DNA of 64,000 nt from Candidatus Zhuqueibacterota bacterium. Lineage in GTDB: Bacteria > Zhuqueibacterota > Zhuqueibacteria > Oceanimicrobiales > Oceanimicrobiaceae. Below the pieces are notes generated by a model. The model ran no database searches. It was given only the letters and a program-made list of their open reading frames with translations, and was not told where the DNA came from. The stretch covers positions 3,161 through 67,160 of the forward strand of contig JAJDAG010000012.1 in NCBI GenBank assembly GCA_029262005.1, written 5' to 3'. Each line of letters opens with the position of its first letter. Position 1 is the first letter of the stretch. Made by a program: the position numbers and the translations under genes. Positions 58,467-64,000 of the stretch are shown here, piece after piece.

Positions 58467-58986
58467 TTGTTGGAGAAAACACGCAACGCAGCGCTAGTCT
58501 ATATTCCGCCTGATGAGTGTTTGCAGCCCATCCAGAATATTAGAAGAAAGTATGCAAAGAATTTTCGGCGCTGGATGCCGCACATGACACTCCTTTATCC
58601 ATTCTGTGATCGCAAGGGATTCAACAATGTCCGTCAAGGGTTTGGTAATATTTGTAAAAGTTGTGCACCTTTTGATTTGAGTTTTGCAGCGTTTTGTTAT
58701 CTGGCTGCTGCCTGAGCCGGAAAGCCCGATAGAAAAAATTCAGGAATTGCTTTATCAGCAAGTTCCTGAATGCGATGATAGAAGACGATTTTCAGGAGGG
58801 TTTAAACCGCACCTTACAGTGGGCACTGTTCGTGGAGAAGAAGCGCTTGAAGAGGTTATGGCAGAATTGCAGTCGAATTGGCAGCCGATTAAAATGTTGT
58901 TTGACAGGGTCAGTTATATTTGGTGCAACGCCCCGCCGGATGATGTTTTTCGGGTTGGAGAATATTTCATATTAGGTGAAAACTAG
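58467..58986 (+). pseudogene. 2H phosphoesterase (LigT/ThpR-like) split by a frameshift near 58685-58700
   Basis: first HxT motif (PHMTLLYP) in ORF 58467-58715 and second HxT motif (KPHLTVGT) in overlapping ORF 58684-58986 in another frame; indel near a T4 run. Confidence 0.5.
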
Positions 58987-58993
58987 GGACGAG

Positions 58994-60352
58994 ATGAAAA
59001 ATCTTTTAAAAAAAACGGCTGAGCGAGCCACAAACTACCTTGAAGGCCTGCCGGCAAGAAGCGTTGCGCCTCAACAAGATTCAGTCGCAAAACTGAGCGT
59101 GCTAAAAGAACTACTGCCTGAGCAGGGCACTGACCCGGAATCAGTGGTGCAGCTTTTAGACGAAACCGTCTCGCCCGCCACCATGGCCATGGCCGGGCCG
59201 CGTTTTTTTGGTTTTGTGATTGGCGGCGCTTTGCCGGCCACCTTGGCAGCCAATTGGCTAGCAAATACCTGGGATCAAAACAGTGTTTTGGCAAATGTTA
59301 CGCCGGGGACGGCGCTTGTTGAAGAAATTGCTCTAAGCTGGTTGCTCGATATTTTCAAGCTGCCGGATGATTGCGCCGGCACATTTGTAACCGGGGCCAC
59401 CGTGGCGAATTTTTGTGCCCTTGCTGCCGCCCGGCGCTCGGTTCTTGAAAAAGTAGATTGGAATGTTGAAGCGGACGGGATGTTTGGCGCGCCACCGATT
59501 ACGGTTATCGTTGGCCAGGAAGCACACCCCACATTGATGAAATCGCTGGGCATGCTTGGTTTGGGCCGCAATCGTGTTGTTCGGGTGGCAGTCGATGCCC
59601 ATGGCAGGATGCGTTCCGACGCACTACCCAAATTTTCCGGCCCGACCATCGTTTGCACGCAAGCAGGCAATATCAACACCGGCGCTTTTGATCCATTTGC
59701 GGAAATCTGTGATGCCGCGCATGAAGCCGGGGCATGGGTGCACGTCGATGGGGCGTTTGGCCTGTGGGCGATTGCCGCACCAAAACTTATGCATCTTACA
59801 ACCGGCATGAACCAGGCTGATTCATGGGCCACAGATGCACACAAATGGCTTAACGTGCCTTACGATAGCGGTTTGGCATTCGTACGTGATTCCGATTCAC
59901 TGCGAGCCGCCATGGCCATCACAGCGGAATATTTGCCAACTGAAAGTCAGGCTCGCAATCCGTCAGACTACACGCCGGAACTCTCCCGGCGCGCCCGTGG
60001 CATTGAGGTTTGGGCCGCGCTAAAATCGCTTGGACGTGCCGGTGTTGCAGAAATGATTGAGCGCACTTGCCAACATGCAAAACGATTTGCTGCAGGATTT
60101 GAGGCGGCCGGTCATCGCGTCCTTAATGAAGTGGTGCTCAATCAGGTGTTGGTTTCTTTTGGCGACAAAGAAACCACGCAACAAGTCATTCAGGAAATTC
60201 AGGCCGAGGGAACATGTTGGTGCGGCGTTACGACTTGGCAGGAGCAGACTGCCATGCGCATCAGCGTTTCTTCCTGGGCAACCACGGAAGCAGATGTTGA
60301 GCTTTCTTTGCAAGCCATGCTTAAGGTTGCGGCAGAGCACGGGAAAAAATAA
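58994..60352 (+). CDS. Group II PLP-dependent amino-acid decarboxylase
   Basis: TDAHKWLNVPYDSG (PLP-Lys), fold-type I layout; ATG at 58994 chosen over the in-frame GTG at 58976. Confidence 0.8.
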   Translation: MKNLLKKTAERATNYLEGLPARSVAPQQDSVAKLSVLKELLPEQGTDPESVVQLLDETVSPATMAMAGPRFFGFVIGGALPATLAANWLANTWDQNSVLANVTPGTALVEEIALSWLLDIFKLPDDCAGTFVTGATVANFCALAAARRSVLEKVDWNVEADGMFGAPPITVIVGQEAHPTLMKSLGMLGLGRNRVVRVAVDAHGRMRSDALPKFSGPTIVCTQAGNINTGAFDPFAEICDAAHEAGAWVHVDGAFGLWAIAAPKLMHLTTGMNQADSWATDAHKWLNVPYDSGLAFVRDSDSLRAAMAITAEYLPTESQARNPSDYTPELSRRARGIEVWAALKSLGRAGVAEMIERTCQHAKRFAAGFEAAGHRVLNEVVLNQVLVSFGDKETTQQVIQEIQAEGTCWCGVTTWQEQTAMRISVSSWATTEADVELSLQAMLKVAAEHGKK

Positions 60353-60382
60353 CCGTAGAGATCCTCCTGAAAGCAAGGGCGA

Positions 60383-60961
60383 ATGGTTGCGGAATGTGAA
60401 GGTCCGGTACATTTGATAAATCCATATACAATTATTGAAAAGTACTACAAACGCGGTAGCAAAGCGCATAAAATTTTATTGGTTCACAGTGAAATGGTGC
60501 AGCAAAAGGCGTTGCAATTGGCCGAGCGTGTTGGTCACTTGCAACCGGATATTGAGTTCATTGAGCAAGCGGCCATGTTGCACGATATTGGCATTTTCCT
60601 CACACACGCACCCGGCATCGGCTGCAATGGCCTGCATCCGTACCTTTTGCACGGGCCACTCGGTCGCGAGTTGCTGGAGAAAGAAGATCTGCCGCGGCAC
60701 GCACTTGTTTGTGACAGGCACACAGGCGTTGGTTTGAGCAAAGAAGACATTATTCAGCAAGAACTCCCTTTGCCGCATCGCGACATGTTACCGGTCAGCA
60801 TCGAAGAAAAAATCATCTGTTTTGCCGATCTGTTTTTTGGCAAGAATCCCCGGAAACCTCACAAGGAAAAAGACATGGACAAAATCACCACAACGGTGGC
60901 TAATTATGGTGAACATTATTTACGACGGTTGCAGGTGTTCAGAGATTTGTTTGGAGTTTAA
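60383..60961 (+). CDS. HD-domain phosphohydrolase
   Basis: MLHDIGIF...H...CDRHTG (H...HD...H...D pattern). Confidence 0.7.
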   Translation: MVAECEGPVHLINPYTIIEKYYKRGSKAHKILLVHSEMVQQKALQLAERVGHLQPDIEFIEQAAMLHDIGIFLTHAPGIGCNGLHPYLLHGPLGRELLEKEDLPRHALVCDRHTGVGLSKEDIIQQELPLPHRDMLPVSIEEKIICFADLFFGKNPRKPHKEKDMDKITTTVANYGEHYLRRLQVFRDLFGV

Positions 60962-60999
60962 CGGCTGGTCAAAAGGATCGAAGCTAACTTAATTCAAAC

Positions 61000-61020
61000 A
61001 AAAGCCCCGGCTTTTCATTT
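61000..61020 (+). terminator. Rho-independent terminator after the HD-domain gene
   Basis: AAAGC-CCCG-GCTTT hairpin followed by TTTTCATTT. Confidence 0.5.
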
Positions 61021-61055
61021 GCATTTCCTTGCTTTGCTTATTATATTCTGCCCCT

Positions 61056-62210
61056 ATGCGAGATCTTATTGAAGAATCCATTCGGCTCTTACAAATAGAC
61101 CAGCCGTTCGTGCTGGCGACCATTGTGCGCACCCGTGGCATGACGCCGCAAAAAGCAGGCGCCAAGCAAATATTCAAGCTGGACGGCGCCAGTCTTGGCA
61201 CGCTCGGAGGCGGCTGTCTGGAGGGCGACATTGCGTACTGCGCCAATCAAATACTGCAAAATAAGTCCGGCCCCGAGTTTCGAGTTTTCCATTTGAATGA
61301 AGCGTTTGCGGCGCAGGATGGTTTTGTCTGCGGTGGAACCATGGAAGTATTTATCGAGCCGCTCCGTGATGCAAAAGAAGCCCTCCCGCTTTTTCAGGAG
61401 AAAGTTCGGTCTTTCGACAAAGGACCTGCCATTGCTGTGGCCACCGTTGTCAAATCGGCTGACTCAAGCGTGCCTTGCGGAAAAAAAATGCTTGTGCGTG
61501 CGGACGGAACAACGGTTGGCGCGGTCGGTGACATGCGCCTGCAAAACCAAATCGTTGGCTCAGGAAAAGCGCTGGCTCCTTACGGCCACAGCCAATTAAT
61601 CGCGGGGGATGATTTAACCCTTTTTATCGAAGGCTACACAACCACACCCACTTTGATTATACTGGGTGGTGGTCACATAGGTTTGGCTGTTTACAATCTG
61701 GCCTTGACACTTGGTTTCAGTGTAATCGTCATCGATGACCGTGCAGAGTTTGCTGCTCAGGAACGTTTCCCCAAAGCAGCCAAATTAATGGTGGAAGAAT
61801 ATGACACGGCCCTCGCCGGACTGGAAGTCAACTTCAATTCATTTATTCTCATCGCCACGCGTGGCCATCGTTACGACGAGCAGGCGGTGCGCGCCGCAGT
61901 TGCCACCAACGTCCGTTACATCGGCTTGTTGGGAAGTAAACGCAAAAATTCATTGATTTTTAGTGCGCTACAGCAAAGCGGTATCCCTCTGGAAAAACTC
62001 AAAAATATTTATGCACCAGTGGGGCTTGCTATCGGTGCATTAACTCCTGAGGAGTTGGCGGTGAGTATTTTAGCCGAAATTATTCAGAATCGACGCGGCG
62101 GTGATGGTCGCTCGCTGAAAAGTTTTGAAATGGAAGTGGTTCGACCTCTTGCCGGCCCCATTTGCGACAATGGCTCAAGGGCAAAAACCAAAGGCGAAAC
62201 AAAGAAATAA
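61056..62210 (+). CDS. XdhC/CoxI-family accessory protein (XdhC N-domain + Rossmann C-domain)
   Basis: FVLATIVRTRGMTPQKAGAK...GTLGGGCLE and second-domain IILGGGHIGLAVYNLALTLGF; ATG at 61056 chosen over the TTG at 61029. Confidence 0.75.
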   Translation: MRDLIEESIRLLQIDQPFVLATIVRTRGMTPQKAGAKQIFKLDGASLGTLGGGCLEGDIAYCANQILQNKSGPEFRVFHLNEAFAAQDGFVCGGTMEVFIEPLRDAKEALPLFQEKVRSFDKGPAIAVATVVKSADSSVPCGKKMLVRADGTTVGAVGDMRLQNQIVGSGKALAPYGHSQLIAGDDLTLFIEGYTTTPTLIILGGGHIGLAVYNLALTLGFSVIVIDDRAEFAAQERFPKAAKLMVEEYDTALAGLEVNFNSFILIATRGHRYDEQAVRAAVATNVRYIGLLGSKRKNSLIFSALQQSGIPLEKLKNIYAPVGLAIGALTPEELAVSILAEIIQNRRGGDGRSLKSFEMEVVRPLAGPICDNGSRAKTKGETKK

Positions 62211-62258
62211 ATCCTTGCAGTTTCAAGGAAGACTTTATAATTGAGATAAAAAGGAACA

Positions 62259-62798
62259 ATGACTGTAATGAAACGATTTTACATGATGTTGATAATTCTC
62301 GTCACCTGTTTTGGTTGCGATCAGGTAAGTAAGCATGTGGCCAAAAGCACCCTGGAAAATGCCCCCTCTCTTTCATATTTGGGAGATACGTTTCGGTTGA
62401 AATACGCTGAAAATTCCGGCGCTTTTTTAAGCCTTGGCTCCAGCCTTTCAGACACAGCACGACTCTGGTTATTCGAGATTTTGAGTGGGTGTCTGCTCGC
62501 TGCATTGCTGTTTTACATTTTGTATAGCCGGGAGCTGGACCGCAACCACACATTTGCGTTATCCCTTATTTTTGCCGGGGGTTCCAGCAATCTGTTTGAT
62601 CGTCTGGTCAATGATGGCAAAGTCATTGATTTTATGAATATGGGAATCGGCGGTTTACGTACCGGTATTTTCAATTGGGCGGATGTTGTGATTATGGTCG
62701 GCATGGGCTTGATTGTCTTGCTTAACTTCTCCACGAGCAAAAAACATGACGGTAATGACACAGGTGATAAAGTTGAAGAAAGCAGTCTGGATTCGTGA
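62259..62798 (+). CDS. lspA: Lipoprotein signal peptidase (signal peptidase II)
   Basis: 4-TM; YAENSGAFLSLG, FNWADVVIMVG conserved LspA blocks. Confidence 0.85.
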   Translation: MTVMKRFYMMLIILVTCFGCDQVSKHVAKSTLENAPSLSYLGDTFRLKYAENSGAFLSLGSSLSDTARLWLFEILSGCLLAALLFYILYSRELDRNHTFALSLIFAGGSSNLFDRLVNDGKVIDFMNMGIGGLRTGIFNWADVVIMVGMGLIVLLNFSTSKKHDGNDTGDKVEESSLDS

Positions 62799-63163
62799 AA
62801 AAAATGGCTGAAAATAAATTGACTGTTTAAATAATTTATAGCCTTTCTTCCTGGGTATCCTTTTTTTACTTGTCTGGCGGCTACTTTGAAGCCGAGATTG
62901 AGGCTGCCATTTTTACGAATAGTTAATTTTTGGCACGGTGTTAAACCCCGGGTGTGCGAACGAGAGTGAGTTCCCCGGGTGTTTCGTAACAGTTGAACCG
63001 GTTTTTGATAACAGGTCTTTCTGCAGGAACGCTGGTTCCTTTGTTGTGCTTTTTTCGCTGATGTTGAGCTCGCTTGTGCTCGAAAATTTGTTCAATGGTT
63101 GATGTTAGCTGCGTCAACACACAGGGGGTGAGGCCAATTTTTAGTTAGAGAGATGAGATTACC

Positions 63164-63451
63164 CTATTGCCGAAAGAGCATTTTTTCGGATTGAACAAAT
63201 CCATCGGTTACAAGTTGGCATACATACACGCCACCGGCCATTCGCCGGCCGGAAGCGTCTCTGCCGTCCCAAACCATTTTATAAAAACCAATGGGTTTTT
63301 CTTTATTCACAAAAGTGCGAACTTCCGGACCCAGCAAATTCCTGATTTCTAACCTGATACGCGCCTGGCTTGAAACTTCGTAGATGATTTTAGCCTCAGA
63401 GTTGAACGGGGTTGGATATTTTTCCTTGACAAACCTGCAACATTTTCCCAC
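63164..63451 (-). pseudogene. Orphan T9SS type-A C-terminal sorting domain without a protein body or signal peptide (gene remnant)
   Basis: KYPTPFNSEAKIIYEVSSQARIRLEIRNLLG...GGVYVCQL...EKMLF matches the tails of the secreted proteins in this window; an in-frame stop lies 11 codons upstream of its Met. Confidence 0.4.
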
Positions 63452-63600
63452 ATTGTATGTGGAGCATCTTCCAGAGGCCGTTCTCAGAAACTGATTCCGA
63501 CAGAATGCATATCAGAACCAGTCGCAATGATTGCTCCGGTTGAATTTCGCGAACATATCCCGTGCTGTATTTACGAACACTAAAGTTGAGGTGAATAACT

Positions 63601-64000
63601 ATGTTTGGCTCGCAAATCCTTGAGATTGTTATCGGACTTGTCTTTGTTTATTTGTTGTTGAGCCTTCTTGCCACAACCGTAAGCGAGTTGGTTCTGCAAT
63701 ATTTTGTCTCACGTGGTGAACATTTGCAGATGGTCATAAAGACCATGCTTAATGATGAAAATTCGCAGGCGCTTGGGGAGAAGTTTTTTGGTCACGCCAC
63801 AATCCGTAAATTCTACAATACGCCTGACGGGGTGAAACCATCGTATTTGTCTAGCCGGTCTTTTTCAAGGAGCCTCGTTGAAGTGCTTACAGATGAAGCT
63901 GACAGTGGTATTGCCTTTGGTAAACTGGAGGAAACCGTATCTGCTTTGCCGGTTGGTGAGACCCGGATTGCTTTGCAGTCCCTGCTTAAGAACGCCAATC
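63601..64000 (+). CDS. Hypothetical membrane-anchored protein, 3'-partial (runs off the window; not in the supplied ORF track)
   Basis: own translation from the ATG at 63601 (GAGGTGA RBS 7 nt upstream): MFGSQILEIVIGLVFVYLLLSLLATTVSELVLQYF... with no stop to the window end. Confidence 0.35.
   Translation, partial: MFGSQILEIVIGLVFVYLLLSLLATTVSELVLQYFVSRGEHLQMVIKTMLNDENSQALGEKFFGHATIRKFYNTPDGVKPSYLSSRSFSRSLVEVLTDEADSGIAFGKLEETVSALPVGETRIALQSLLKNAN

Noticed and set aside
1-64000. Scan for tRNA/rRNA genes, CRISPR arrays, transposases, integrases and phage genes.
   Set aside because: No cloverleaf-compatible GTTCGA/TTCRANYC-type segments or regularly spaced direct repeats were seen, and no ORF had transposase, recombinase or phage signatures.

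Overview
The window is a 64-kb chromosomal segment (about 50% GC) from an anaerobic FCB-group-like bacterium. Many proteins carry type-A T9SS C-terminal sorting domains (N/KYPNPFNP...), sulfatases use Tat signal peptides (RR-x-FLK), and Shine-Dalgarno sites and sigma70-like promoters are in use. Kb 0-36 form one large, almost unidirectional glycosaminoglycan (chondroitin-sulfate/hyaluronan-type) utilisation locus. It contains five formylglycine-type S1 sulfatases with a radical-SAM anSME maturase, two PL8 lyases (catalytic H-x3-AY-x2-AY motif) and two tandem GH88 unsaturated glucuronyl hydrolases. It also carries kduI, a DUF4861-like gene, kduD, eda, kdgK, nagB, a ROK kinase, a FucP/GluP-type MFS permease, a DctPQM TRAP transporter, a TonB-dependent receptor and LamG/beta-helix secreted proteins. 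There is no SusD and no obvious local regulator. Kb 36-64 are housekeeping genes: trmB-like, ENPP phosphodiesterase, ccsB/ccsA, a complete tolQ-tolR-tolA-tolB-pal-cpoB cluster, leuS (minus strand), an M16 peptidase, a PLP decarboxylase, an HD protein, an XdhC-like gene and lspA. Embedded in this half are several unusual modules: two tandem DUF4339(GYF-like)-MinD/ParA fusion ATPases, and a class-III-cyclase-like domain fused to an HTH next to a small membrane protein. Two non-coding repeat families stand out. One is a roughly 110-nt element found twice at the heads of uronate-catabolism operons; the other is a roughly 35-nt GC-rich palindromic REP-like element found three times, plus one degenerate copy, just after stop codons. 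No tRNA or rRNA genes, CRISPR arrays, transposases or integrases were seen. Note that the ORF track translates GTG/TTG starts as M; several starts were re-assigned to internal ATG codons supported by RBS or overlap logic.
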